In this document: positions 18,354 through 27,957 of the stretch, in pieces
How positions within the stretch are numbered: position 1 is the stretch's first letter
How the letters are laid out: each line of letters opens with the position of its first letter
From: an uncultured Candidatus Saccharibacteria bacterium
GTDB lineage: Bacteria; Patescibacteriota; Dojkabacteria; J137
Assembly: GCA_965230975.1 (NCBI GenBank)
Contig: OZ246402.1
Coordinates: 800,859-864,858 of the forward strand
Reading direction: 5' to 3'
Length of the DNA: 64,000 bases
Notes under the pieces: model-generated
What the model was told of the DNA's origin: nothing
The model's input: the letters and a program-made list of their open reading frames with translations, nothing else
The model's database searches: none
Position numbers and translations under genes: made by a program

Positions 18354-19286
18354 TTAGGCCTCAATTTCAAATCTGGCATATATTTCTTTTTTGTAATCTT
18401 CCTCCGATTTCTCATCATCTTTAAAATATCCTTTAGATATTAAAGCCTCAGTTATTCCTTTTATTCCACTTACCCCTATATTCTTAACATTGAATTCAGG
18501 GCCTCCAAATAAAAGCTCGTGTTTAACTTCTCCTATAAAAATATAACTACCTCTCATTAAAGCATTATATGTTCTTCTAGGAAGATCTAATTCAGATATA
18601 TCTATAGAAGGGAAACTTTCACTATTATTAGCTCCTATCAAGTTATCTACTTGACTCTCATCAGGAAATCTTGCAATAAATCTTAAATACAAACCTGCTT
18701 CTATTCTAGATATATAATTTAATTCAAATAGTTGAACTACTAAATCTATAAAAACTGGGTTATTCATAATACGACTAGCAAACTGGTAATCTTCTCTGAT
18801 TGTTCTTAAGAGCTGTACTAAATCTGAAATATTTTGAACGTTTCTTGATTCTAAAAGTGCTCTTAATTCTCCACTAGGTCTAATCATTTCGATTGAATCT
18901 TGTAAGTTGCCTGGAATTCCTGATTGCATTGTGGATTGATATATAAAATCCAAAAAACTTTCAACTGTTAGTGCTGATAAGTCTTCTGAGTTATCGTAAG
19001 CATATTGTAAAAGTGCGTTTAATTTTAAATAGTTTGATTCTTCAATATCACCTTTCTGTACTAATTGTTTTATTCTAAGTAAAACTACAGAAGTTATTGC
19101 AGAGTAGGTGGATTTATCTATTGATTCTAAGTTTTGTAAGTATGCAAAATATAAACTTATTTGAATATCTTCAAAATCGTTTGCTAAGATTTGAGATATA
19201 AGAGCTAAAAGATTATCTGCATGAATCTTTACATTTTCTGGTAAATCTTCAGAACTTAAGTAATTGTTTAGAGCTGCAAATACCAT
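18354..19286 (-). CDS. alpha-CTD-like double-module protein (long paralog 1)
   Basis: ELDLPRRTYNALMRGSYIFIGEVKHELL...NIGVSGIKGITEALISKGY closely mirrors the RpoA CTD. An upstream degenerate module reads ELRALLESRNVQNISDLVQLL. Confidence 0.65.
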   Translation of the reverse strand: MVFAALNNYLSSEDLPENVKIHADNLLALISQILANDFEDIQISLYFAYLQNLESIDKSTYSAITSVVLLRIKQLVQKGDIEESNYLKLNALLQYAYDNSEDLSALTVESFLDFIYQSTMQSGIPGNLQDSIEMIRPSGELRALLESRNVQNISDLVQLLRTIREDYQFASRIMNNPVFIDLVVQLFELNYISRIEAGLYLRFIARFPDESQVDNLIGANNSESFPSIDISELDLPRRTYNALMRGSYIFIGEVKHELLFGGPEFNVKNIGVSGIKGITEALISKGYFKDDEKSEEDYKKEIYARFEIEA

Positions 19287-19359
19287 ATTTTTAAAATAAT
19301 ATGCGGAATGTTAGCATTAATGGACAGATTTTATCAATTTGCAATGTTTGGAAGGGCAG

Positions 19360-20187
19360 CTAAAGTTGAACCTCTTTATTTTTGTACCTTAAAAGTGAAA
19401 GCGCAACCAAAATTACAATTGCGACAATCATTACAATTATATTTTCTGGCTTTAAACTACTAGTCTTGGTAATTCCATTTAAATCTAAATAATAGAACGG
19501 TGTTAAATACCGTACAAATTCTGGAAAACCTGGAATTCGCGATAACGTATCTACCATAAAAGAGCCTAGAGTTAATGCTAAACCTGCAAACAAGGCAACA
19601 CCTTCTGACTTAACTAACCCAGCAAACATGGCAATTACACTAAATAGTATTTGAACTATAAAGCCTGCGCTAAAAGCAGCAAAAAAGAATTGAGGATAAA
19701 ATGCGTTTTCACTACCCAAAAACTTAGAAGACAAACTAGAAATTAATAGCACAACTAAATTACTTATTCCAAGCAGTACTACAAAAGCTGCAAATTTAGT
19801 TAAGAATATGTTTTGTCTTTTAATCTTTTTTAAAAACAATATAAATACAGAACCATCATTTAACTCTTTAACAATCATTCTGTTTAAAATATAGCCGCCA
19901 ATAATCGAGTTGATTATTATTAATGTAGATAAAAACTTTGTGTTGTAATAGCCTTTAAATTCAACCAACGTTTTAGCATCAGATCCAAATGCCTCTAGTA
20001 GTTCTGGAGGGAATCCTTTTAAGACTTCTGTTAGTTGAGCTGCCTGCTCTTTGATTGTTCCAAACAATGCTATTAACATTACAGCCATAGAGGCGAATAT
20101 TAATCCCCAAAAGATCATTAACTTTAAATGTCTTTTAAATTCAAACATAAAGACCGTTGTGGATTTGTTTAGTTCTGTTTTATTCAT
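19360..20187 (-). CDS. ABC-2 type transporter permease
   Basis: Six hydrophobic helices. Overlaps the upstream ATPase gene by 8 nt. Confidence 0.7.
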   Translation of the reverse strand: MNKTELNKSTTVFMFEFKRHLKLMIFWGLIFASMAVMLIALFGTIKEQAAQLTEVLKGFPPELLEAFGSDAKTLVEFKGYYNTKFLSTLIIINSIIGGYILNRMIVKELNDGSVFILFLKKIKRQNIFLTKFAAFVVLLGISNLVVLLISSLSSKFLGSENAFYPQFFFAAFSAGFIVQILFSVIAMFAGLVKSEGVALFAGLALTLGSFMVDTLSRIPGFPEFVRYLTPFYYLDLNGITKTSSLKPENIIVMIVAIVILVALSLLRYKNKEVQL

Positions 20188-21058
20188 AATATTTCATAAA
20201 AATATCTTCTAGTGTTGGGTGTTCTATATAAAAGTCTGTTATGTCGTTTTCAAATAGAGTAGTTACGTCCTTTTTTACATCGCTTGTTAAGATTATGTAG
20301 TCTCCATTATCGTTTTGGGTTATTCCTTTTTTGAATATGTTTCTTAGTTTTTTAGATTCTTTGCCAAATTCTATTCTTATTTTTTTAGAATCTCCGTTTA
20401 GCACTTTTTTGGTGTCTCCTTCCATTAATATTTTGCCGTCTTTTATTAGTATTATTCTGTCTGTTATTTTTTCTACTTCTGATAGTACATGAGAGCTAAA
20501 GAATATTGTGCTGCCTGTTTTTTTTAGTTCTGTTAGTTCTTTTAGTACTTTGTTTTGCATTATTGGGTCTAGTGAGTTTGTTGGTTCGTCTAGTATTAAT
20601 AGTTTTGGTTTATGTTGTAATGCATTTACTATTGCTACTTTCTTTTTATTACCTAATGATAGTCTTCCAAACTTTTTGTTTAAATCTATTTCAAAGCTTT
20701 GTATTAAATGGTCAAAGTATTGTTTATCAAAGTTTTGGGATAATGATGCTGAGTAGTTTAGTATTTCTTTTACCGTTAAGCTTGTTGGAAATGTTGGTTC
20801 TCCTGGTAAGAATCCTATTTGTTCTATTACTTTTTGTAGATCTTCTAATGTTGTTATTTGCTCTCCAAACAGTTTATAACTCCCACCTGTTAGATTGGCA
20901 AAACCCAATATTGTTCTTATTGTGGTTGTTTTGCCGGCGCCGTTTGGGCCTAAGAATCCTACAATTTCGCCTTTGTTTAGCGTTATGTTTATGTTAAAGG
21001 CTCCTTTGTTGTTTGTGTATGTTTTGGTTAGGTTTGTGGTTTGTAGTATTGGGTCCAT
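20180..21058 (-). CDS. ABC transporter ATP-binding protein (ABC-2/DrrA-like)
   Basis: Walker A GPNGAGKTT, signature LSLGNKKKV, Walker B LILDEPTNSLD, H-loop SSHVL. Confidence 0.9.
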   Translation of the reverse strand: MDPILQTTNLTKTYTNNKGAFNINITLNKGEIVGFLGPNGAGKTTTIRTILGFANLTGGSYKLFGEQITTLEDLQKVIEQIGFLPGEPTFPTSLTVKEILNYSASLSQNFDKQYFDHLIQSFEIDLNKKFGRLSLGNKKKVAIVNALQHKPKLLILDEPTNSLDPIMQNKVLKELTELKKTGSTIFFSSHVLSEVEKITDRIILIKDGKILMEGDTKKVLNGDSKKIRIEFGKESKKLRNIFKKGITQNDNGDYIILTSDVKKDVTTLFENDITDFYIEHPTLEDIFMKYYE

Positions 21059-21159
21059 TTATTTAGTATATTCCTAGTTACTTCTCTTGGCAATTTTTGT
21101 TTTTACGTTTTTAGTTAAGGGTAAATAGATGATATAATACATCGATCTTTTAGCAATAT

Positions 21160-21235
21160 GGTGGTTGTAGCTCAATGGTAGAGCACTCGCCTGTGGAGCG
21201 AGGTGTTGTGGGTTCGAGCCCCACCAACTACCCCA
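21160..21235 (+). tRNA. tRNA-His (anticodon GUG) with encoded G-1 and CCA
   Basis: G-1 followed by acceptor GTGGTTG/CAACTAC, anticodon arm CTCGC-CTGTGGA-GCGAG, T arm GTGGG-TTCGAGC-CCCAC, discriminator C, CCA. Confidence 0.9.
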
Positions 21236-24152
21236 AATTTGATTCTTCCCATTCTTTTTTATACTCGTAGTAATTAGGTGATCTATTCTCAATAAAAGTG
21301 TTCAGAATTTCCTCAATTTTATCGGCTGGCTCTTTAAATTCAATTAACTTTTTAACGGCCTGATCCATATGGTCTGAAGGATTTAGACCCTTTGGATAGT
21401 TAGCTAAATAATCCATCCATTTTATGAATTCTTCTTTACCTGCTTTATTTAATATTTTCAGTAGGATGTCTCCATTCTTGTAAAATGGCCACCAATTCAA
21501 CTGTGATAAATCATTTTGACCTTTAAAGAACTTTCTCTCATTAATAATACACTTAGTCCAAAGTGAGAAGCATTCTGTGAATTTCTCATCAATATTCTCT
21601 TCTATGAAATAATAGATTCTTTCATAGATTTCGTGATTATAAACTTTTGTGAATTTCTCTAAATATTTAATAGCAATTTTAAAATTTTCATTATGATGCG
21701 ACTTATCTGATCCTAGTCTCCAGAAATTCCATGCGATATTTACTTTAATACTCTCAGAGGAATTTTCCATCAAATCAAACAATATGCTTTTGAATGGCTT
21801 ATCATTAAAGGTGTTGACTTTGTACCAATAGTCCTTACCCAAAACTGCTTCAAAAGCTTTGGATTTATAAGCTTTTGCTCTAAATTCCGCATAGAAGATT
21901 ATCAATGGAAGGAAGTGGTCTATAACTACCTCATAAGGTGATTTACTTGATCTGTTATTGTATACATTTGTCAAAGGTAAATTCAATATTATATTTACAA
22001 ATTTCATTGCTTTATCCTCTTCTATACTCCTCATAAAGCCAAAAACGTTAACTATAGACTTCATTAATTCCATAACAGATTGATTATTTTTATCTACTAG
22101 CATATCAAAAGCGATTGATTCTATTTCTTGTGCTAGTTCGAATGAAATAAATCTTTCAACAGGCATAATATTTGGCATTTTTGTATGCCTGTTTTTCGCG
22201 AGTTCAGTTAAAGGTACGCATGCTTGCATTCTTACATAGTAACTTGAATCTTGAGATAAAATCCTTACAAGTTTCGTAACTTCAGCTAAATAAGCCCGCC
22301 CACTTAAATTACAAAAATATAACAATGCCCAAGCACAATAACCCCTAACTGTTGTAATTATTGAAACTTCATTTTCATTTTTAAGCAAATCTAATTCAAC
22401 ACTATCCTCATGAATTGGATCTTTATCTTGAATAAATATTCTTATTAACTTTAAAGACTCATCAAAAAACTTATTTCTTGCCAATTTCTCAGCAAGTTTA
22501 ACTATGTTTTGTCTTGCTAAATTTTCGCTAAAGAATTGTTCAATTTGAGCAATATTATTATCATATTTAGTCAGTATTGGATCTAATACCCTATAAACCT
22601 GTATAAATAAATCCGAATCATCAGGTATGTAATCAATAATACTAGTAATTGAATTTTGTTGATTTGGAGTTAGTGTTACTTCGTTTAATATATTACTTAT
22701 AAGTGTAGTACCCTTATTTATATCTTTTTGAAGTATGGTAACTAACAATCTCGAAAATTTAAATACCTCAAAATGTTCTGTTTCGATCTTAAATTTATCA
22801 GTATTAACATAGTTGGTTAGGGCATCGATGCCTTCGTCAAAACTTATATCCGAACTGATTAATTTACTTATTATCTCAAACGGATTGAAGCCCCAATGAC
22901 CATGTCGTTTCAAATAAGTAGAGTTATTTAACCAGACTTTTAATATCTCATTTGCTTCAGTATTACCTTCAGCAGCAAGGTCTGACACGATTTGCTCAAC
23001 AAACACATTTGCCGGTGCTCCGTTATATCCCTTTATCTTTAACTGTTCTTTAACATAGTCTAATTTTACTGTGCCAGAAAGTTTCTTTGAGTTTCTAAGT
23101 GCCTGAAAAATCAATTCTGTTTTATAAGGGATTCCACTTCTCATCAGAATAAACTTCTTAAGAATATATTTAGTTTCTTTGACATACTTATCTTCTTCTA
23201 GATTCTGAATTAGTAAAGGAATAACAGCTCTATTAAGAAAATCTGGCCTTTTTGTGTTAATCTTTTTCTCATCAACCTCTATCAAATTTTCTTTTATATA
23301 ATTCCAGGTTTCATCATCGAACTTATAAAATTCTTCAAGAGCTGGAGTTAGTGCATACATCACAAAGTGCCTATCAAATAGAGAATGTTCATCATTCAAA
23401 CTTGATATTCCAGCACCCATATGTTCCCATCCTTTAAATCCATCTTTTATACCTATTCTCTTATAGTCTTGTTTATACTGCTTGACTATAATCTTTTTAA
23501 TTTTTAAGAAATTACTTTCAAAATCGAGATTAATATAATTCCTGAGAATAGTGAATACTGTTTTAGGAGTATATAAATCATATTCTCCATCACCAGCTAC
23601 TAAGTTAAAATATTTATCAAGTAAGAAAACAATCTCTGCTAATTCTTCAATCTGATTAATCATTTTAGATGAAGCATTTCCCAATAATTCTGCAACTTGT
23701 ATTTTTTCGTGCTCTAATTTATTTCTATGATCTAAGGATTTATAGCTATGTCCTCTATGTGTTAGTACTATTTTAACTATAGTAATTAAGTCATTATATT
23801 GTAGTAAATTATTATTAAACATCGTATTTAATGTATGAAGAAGACTATTTGATTCAAATTCAAGAAAGCCATCTATATTATTGACGAGAAGTTCAAGGAA
23901 AAACGACTTGCCTATTTGTGGATAATTATCCTCGAGTGTTTTTAAGACCAAAAAATATTCTCGATTTTTAATCAAGAAGTCTATTAAACTGATAAAAATT
24001 TCGTTATTAAAGTTATTCGTAAGTTCTTTTAGGTAGTATCTTAGCATCATAGGATCATGTACGATCTCGTTAAGAGATGCAATATCTTTCTCACTTAGGT
24101 GCTGTTTGTCTAAAGTTTCTTTTATTTTTGATATTTTATAGAGCTGGTTCAT
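21228..24152 (-). CDS. 974-aa all-helical repeat protein (HEAT/ARM-like), unknown function
   Basis: No TM helix or signal peptide. It shows a repetitive amphipathic helix pattern, and VRGYCAWALLYF...YVRMQACVPLTELAKN resembles HEAT repeats. The 3' end overlaps the tRNA-His 3' end antisense by 8 nt. Confidence 0.6.
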   Translation of the reverse strand: MNQLYKISKIKETLDKQHLSEKDIASLNEIVHDPMMLRYYLKELTNNFNNEIFISLIDFLIKNREYFLVLKTLEDNYPQIGKSFFLELLVNNIDGFLEFESNSLLHTLNTMFNNNLLQYNDLITIVKIVLTHRGHSYKSLDHRNKLEHEKIQVAELLGNASSKMINQIEELAEIVFLLDKYFNLVAGDGEYDLYTPKTVFTILRNYINLDFESNFLKIKKIIVKQYKQDYKRIGIKDGFKGWEHMGAGISSLNDEHSLFDRHFVMYALTPALEEFYKFDDETWNYIKENLIEVDEKKINTKRPDFLNRAVIPLLIQNLEEDKYVKETKYILKKFILMRSGIPYKTELIFQALRNSKKLSGTVKLDYVKEQLKIKGYNGAPANVFVEQIVSDLAAEGNTEANEILKVWLNNSTYLKRHGHWGFNPFEIISKLISSDISFDEGIDALTNYVNTDKFKIETEHFEVFKFSRLLVTILQKDINKGTTLISNILNEVTLTPNQQNSITSIIDYIPDDSDLFIQVYRVLDPILTKYDNNIAQIEQFFSENLARQNIVKLAEKLARNKFFDESLKLIRIFIQDKDPIHEDSVELDLLKNENEVSIITTVRGYCAWALLYFCNLSGRAYLAEVTKLVRILSQDSSYYVRMQACVPLTELAKNRHTKMPNIMPVERFISFELAQEIESIAFDMLVDKNNQSVMELMKSIVNVFGFMRSIEEDKAMKFVNIILNLPLTNVYNNRSSKSPYEVVIDHFLPLIIFYAEFRAKAYKSKAFEAVLGKDYWYKVNTFNDKPFKSILFDLMENSSESIKVNIAWNFWRLGSDKSHHNENFKIAIKYLEKFTKVYNHEIYERIYYFIEENIDEKFTECFSLWTKCIINERKFFKGQNDLSQLNWWPFYKNGDILLKILNKAGKEEFIKWMDYLANYPKGLNPSDHMDQAVKKLIEFKEPADKIEEILNTFIENRSPNYYEYKKEWEESNLG

Positions 24153-24759
24153 TTATATTTTCTATATTAGTATTGATTGGATTTTCTATATACTTTTTTA
24201 TTTGAGGATCATTAGCATTACTTGGAAATCTGTCATCTCTTAAAATATTACAAATTCTTCTAAAATCATCAACATTGAATTTATAGTTTTGTGAATATTT
24301 TTCGTTGTAACAATGAATTGTTGACTGAATTTTTCTTGCTATGTCTCGACCATTTGCAAAACGAAAGAAAAGATACCCTCCATTAATACGACTAAGGATA
24401 TGTAACTTGGCTGCATGGTTAAAATCACCCGAAGTAACAATATACAATTCTCCAAGTTTACCAGCATCATGCAACATTGTGAATTCATTGTTAAGCGCCT
24501 CACTTGCCTGATTACAAACTGTCCGAATATCCTTATCCGTATTTCCACTTTTTACAATATCTTCAGCTTTTAATAAAACACCTCCTATTAAACGATCAGA
24601 AGAGTAGAAATCACAAAAAGTATAAAGAATATCAACTCCATTTTCGGAGTTACCGTGATTATCTTCAACAAAATGATAGTTGACTTCATACAATGGGATT
24701 ATAACCTTTAACCTCAGAGTATTTTCGTCTAAATGTTTTATCTCATCTTCAATTGACAT
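24136..24759 (-). CDS. Mrr-cat/PD-(D/E)xK-like restriction-endonuclease-fold protein (putative, atypical active site)
   Basis: The element order matches Mrr_cat: helix ...IIPLYE, GVDILY (Asp), GGVLLKAED (xxK strand), then ELYIVTSGDFNHAAK (compare ITTSxFTxxA). The position usually held by E/Q is Leu. It overlaps the downstream gene by 17 nt. Confidence 0.45.
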   Translation of the reverse strand: MSIEDEIKHLDENTLRLKVIIPLYEVNYHFVEDNHGNSENGVDILYTFCDFYSSDRLIGGVLLKAEDIVKSGNTDKDIRTVCNQASEALNNEFTMLHDAGKLGELYIVTSGDFNHAAKLHILSRINGGYLFFRFANGRDIARKIQSTIHCYNEKYSQNYKFNVDDFRRICNILRDDRFPSNANDPQIKKYIENPINTNIENINEPAL

Positions 24760-24844
24760 TTTCTGGATATTAGAATTTTATAAAGATGTTATCACCTTTA
24801 ATACCAATTGTCTTTAGTTTAAATAAATATATACTCAGTATAAA

Positions 24845-25801
24845 TCATACCCTCACCACCACGCTTCCTCTTTTTCTTCCTGTTTCTACATACTCATGTG
24901 CTTTTGCAATATCTTCAAACTCAAATACCCTATCAATATTCGGCTTTAACTTATTACCTTCAATCAAATCTATCACAGCTTGTAAATCCTCCTTCTTTTC
25001 CGGAGCAGTACCAGTCAAGAATTTCTTACCATCTTCACGATTTTTCTTAGCAAACAACTCTGGAAAAGTAGCAACCGCCTGTAAAAACACACCATTAGAA
25101 TTCAACAAATGCTTATAATCCTTAAACCTCAAATTACCAACAACATCTAAAATAACATCAAACTTTAAAGACAAATCCCTCAAATTAATATTCTTATAAT
25201 CAATAACATCTTTAGCACCTAAAGACTTAACAAAACTTGCATTACTACCGCTACAAACACCAACAACACTAGCACCGTTAGACGCTGCAATTTGAACAGC
25301 ATTAGAACCAACAGCACCAGAAGCACCATTAATCAAAACACTCTGACCAGCCTTAAGATTACCCAAATTCAAAAAAAACAAAGCAGTACATGCACCAAAA
25401 GGAACACCAGCAGCCTCTTCAAAACTTAAATTTGATGGCTTAAGCAAAATAGCACTACTAACATCAATAACAACATACTCGGCATAAATATTAAAAACCC
25501 TAAAACCAATAACTTCATCTCCAACTTTAAAATCTGTAACACTAGACCCAACCTCTTCAACAACACCAGAAAACTCAGAACCTAAAATCTTTTTTCTTGG
25601 TGCAAAAATCCCCAAAGCTAACCTTGCTGGAATACTAAAACCCTTAGGGAATTTTGCACTCCTAATTCTTACATCCCCTGAAGTTACACCAAAAGCTTTA
25701 ACTTTAACTAATACCTGTGTAGGGTTTGGAGTTGTTTTATCAACCTCAGTAATTTTAACAACTTGTGGGCCACCATATTTTGTTACAATCGCTGCTTTCA
25801 T
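24845..25801 (-). CDS. NADPH:quinone oxidoreductase / medium-chain dehydrogenase-reductase family
   Basis: GroES-like N-domain (GEVIGF) and Rossmann motif INGASGAVGSNAVQIA. Confidence 0.8.
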   Translation of the reverse strand: MKAAIVTKYGGPQVVKITEVDKTTPNPTQVLVKVKAFGVTSGDVRIRSAKFPKGFSIPARLALGIFAPRKKILGSEFSGVVEEVGSSVTDFKVGDEVIGFRVFNIYAEYVVIDVSSAILLKPSNLSFEEAAGVPFGACTALFFLNLGNLKAGQSVLINGASGAVGSNAVQIAASNGASVVGVCSGSNASFVKSLGAKDVIDYKNINLRDLSLKFDVILDVVGNLRFKDYKHLLNSNGVFLQAVATFPELFAKKNREDGKKFLTGTAPEKKEDLQAVIDLIEGNKLKPNIDRVFEFEDIAKAHEYVETGRKRGSVVVRV

Positions 25802-26160
25802 AAATTAATCGAATAATAAATCACACCTACATTAAAAAACAAACTAATTACTAGTAAAAACTTATCGTAATAACCTTTATAAGTAGGTATTCCAAACAAA
25901 TTAAACACAAAGAAAAATCCAGAAACAACAATATTTACAACCTTATTAAAATCTATTGGTAAAACTAAATTTAAAAACACCATCAAAATAGGAACAACCA
26001 TCAAACAAGCTATAAACATCATCATAGACTGAGTAAGCTTCTTACCTTCAACCTCACCCATAACAAAATCCCCCTTAAAAATCCTTAAAACATCTCCAAG
26101 CAAGTAAACAAGTGCAGTGCAAATCCAAAGCGCGCTAATTAAGATTATATTATTGTCCAT
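25798..26160 (-). CDS. small integral membrane protein
   Basis: Four hydrophobic helices. ATGA overlap with the downstream oxidoreductase gene. Confidence 0.55.
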   Translation of the reverse strand: MDNNIILISALWICTALVYLLGDVLRIFKGDFVMGEVEGKKLTQSMMMFIACLMVVPILMVFLNLVLPIDFNKVVNIVVSGFFFVFNLFGIPTYKGYYDKFLLVISLFFNVGVIYYSINL

Positions 26161-26329
26161 AATTTATTATTTAACAGATAAGGAAAATTCTACCAGTAAA
26201 ATTGATAAATTGCATAATTATATTTCAAAGTAGTTATTACAACATCACTTTTCTAGACTATTACTCACAGCTCTATATTTAATGTATACAAGGGTATTCA
26301 TTTACCCCAAATAATATTATAATCTACTT

Positions 26330-26737
26330 ATGAAATTTGTAGCCTGCTTTATAATATTTGAAAACAAAATACTAACTGTCAAAAGATCTTCCAATGAAGT
26401 TGAAGGTGGTAAGAATGGCTTAATTGGAGGTGGAATTGAAGATGGAGAGCTAGCTATTGATTCTATGACAAGAGAAATTCGCGAAGAGATAAACTTACAG
26501 GTAAATGGTAACGACTTAATAGATCTTGGAAATCACAAATTGCCATTTAATGGGGTAGAAGTAGAGTTTAATTGCTATAAATTGAACCTAAAAGAGTCAT
26601 TTAATCCTAAACTTGATCCAAACGAAGCAGAAGGTTTTGAATGGGTTACAATTGATGAACTACTATCTAAACCAAATCTTGTAAGTGGATTAGGAGAGCT
26701 AATTGAAATTCTAGGGAAAGATCGAATAGTAAGCTAA
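26330..26737 (+). CDS. NUDIX hydrolase
   Basis: Nudix box GGGIEDGELAIDSMTREIREEINL (Gx5Ex7REUxEExGU pattern). Confidence 0.8.
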   Translation: MKFVACFIIFENKILTVKRSSNEVEGGKNGLIGGGIEDGELAIDSMTREIREEINLQVNGNDLIDLGNHKLPFNGVEVEFNCYKLNLKESFNPKLDPNEAEGFEWVTIDELLSKPNLVSGLGELIEILGKDRIVS

Positions 26738-26853
26738 ACCTCTATAAGATAAATTAATTGACTTGTATTTTCTCCCTCAGATACAAAAGTCATCTTCAGA
26801 AAAGTTTATCCATATCTGCTATTATTAAGTCGTTAACTTATTAAAATTAACCT

Positions 26854-27237
26854 ATGCTAAAAATAAACCCATGGATCAACTTTAACGGCAATGCAGAAGA
26901 AGCATTTGATTTTTATCAATCAATATTTGGAGGCGAAATTCAAAAAGAACTAGATGAAAACAACAACTTAATGTTTATAAGATTACCAATAGGTGCACAA
27001 AATACATTAATTTCAAACAACGTACCCGAAGAATTAGGAAAAGTAAACGAACGGGAAAATAGAAGCAAAATAGATGTAAGCACAGACAACAAAGAAGAAG
27101 CAGAAAGAATATTTAACGGACTATCACAAGGAGGAGAAGTAGAAGTACCAATGAGCGAAGGCATGGGAATGTTCTTTGGAATGCTAAGAGACAAGTATGG
27201 AATAGAGTGGATAGTTGAATATAATTCAAATAACTAG
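26854..27237 (+). CDS. VOC/glyoxalase-superfamily protein (PhnB-like)
   Basis: The N-terminus INPWINFNGNAEEAFDFYQSIFGG and the C-terminal RDKYGIEW are typical of PhnB-like proteins. Confidence 0.65.
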   Translation: MLKINPWINFNGNAEEAFDFYQSIFGGEIQKELDENNNLMFIRLPIGAQNTLISNNVPEELGKVNERENRSKIDVSTDNKEEAERIFNGLSQGGEVEVPMSEGMGMFFGMLRDKYGIEWIVEYNSNN

Positions 27238-27265
27238 AAAAACCCAATCGTATTTAACCTTACAA

Positions 27266-27853
27266 CTACAATTGTTCCCACTCTTCATAATCAATTACAT
27301 GAGCTGTAATACTTCCATTAGAATCAACTTGATATAATAATTGTCCAGCATCAAAATCTAAAAGTATTAATCCTCTTGTATGTGCGAATTGCCTAATAGT
27401 TTTTATATGATTAATAACAATACTTTGCTGATCTTCGGTTAAATCATTATAAGAAATACCATTTTCTATAAAAGGTGCATAAGAAACAAGTAGCTGTTGC
27501 CCTGCATTACGTTCACTAATAAGCCATGGGAGAAATGATGAGGCAGTTTCGGGAGATAAGGCAATTGCATAATTAATCGGCTGTAATTGCAAACTAAAAG
27601 TATCATCTGCAAATTGGGCATTGAAAGCGGTTACAAAATTTTCCATAGGATCTTGCAGCATCATCTCTTGATTTTCTGCATCGGTATCATGAAAACCTGC
27701 TTTTACCATATATTTGCCTGTGCTTGTAGAAAGTACTGTTTTTAAACGCGACTCATCTTCTCTTGCTTGTAATTCCTGTAGATGCTCAAATCCGACTCTT
27801 CTAAAAAAATCCTCGCAATTTATTTGTTGGTCACAATTAAATACTATGTCCAT
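27266..27853 (-). CDS. hypothetical protein
   Basis: 195-codon ORF. LILLDFDAGQLLY...HVIDYEEW only weakly recalls kinase-like folds. Confidence 0.45.
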   Translation of the reverse strand: MDIVFNCDQQINCEDFFRRVGFEHLQELQAREDESRLKTVLSTSTGKYMVKAGFHDTDAENQEMMLQDPMENFVTAFNAQFADDTFSLQLQPINYAIALSPETASSFLPWLISERNAGQQLLVSYAPFIENGISYNDLTEDQQSIVINHIKTIRQFAHTRGLILLDFDAGQLLYQVDSNGSITAHVIDYEEWEQL

Positions 27854-27957
27854 TAAAGGTTTTTAAACACTTAATTATATCATCAATCCATATCTTTTGA
27901 TATTATCAGTTCCGCAAAGTAAAACAATTTGGAAACAGATCTAAATGAATATATTAT

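Noticed and set aside
20506-20997. 163-aa and 82-aa plus-strand Leu/Val/Phe-rich ORFs, plus a 60-aa ORF at 20895-21077.
   Set aside because: They are shadow ORFs antisense to the well-supported ABC ATPase gene. They stay open only because that gene's strongly A/C-biased coding strand removes stops from the opposite strand.
21125-21150. Possible XerCD dif-like site (ATGATATAATACATCGAT) near the proposed composition switch.
   Set aside because: It has only a loose resemblance to the ..CATAA-TnTATA-TTATG.. core of known dif sites. The arms do not match, so I cannot support the call.
21074-21292. 72-aa minus-strand ORF from the ORF track.
   Set aside because: It is antisense to and almost entirely made of the tRNA-His gene and its flanks, so it is spurious.
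24760-24860. A direct repeat of the tRNA-His 3' end that would delimit an integrated island carrying the two-gene cassette.
   Set aside because: Only a weak similarity is present (CCCTCACCACCAC versus GCCCCACCAACTAC), and it lies inside the oxidoreductase coding end. No integrase is present either, so an att-bounded island is not demonstrated.
27266-27853. Kinase-like C-terminal motif (LILLDFDAGQLLY...HVIDYEEW) suggesting an aminoglycoside/RIO-type kinase.
   Set aside because: The catalytic HxDxxxxN and Gly-rich loop are not recognisable, so I left the gene as hypothetical.
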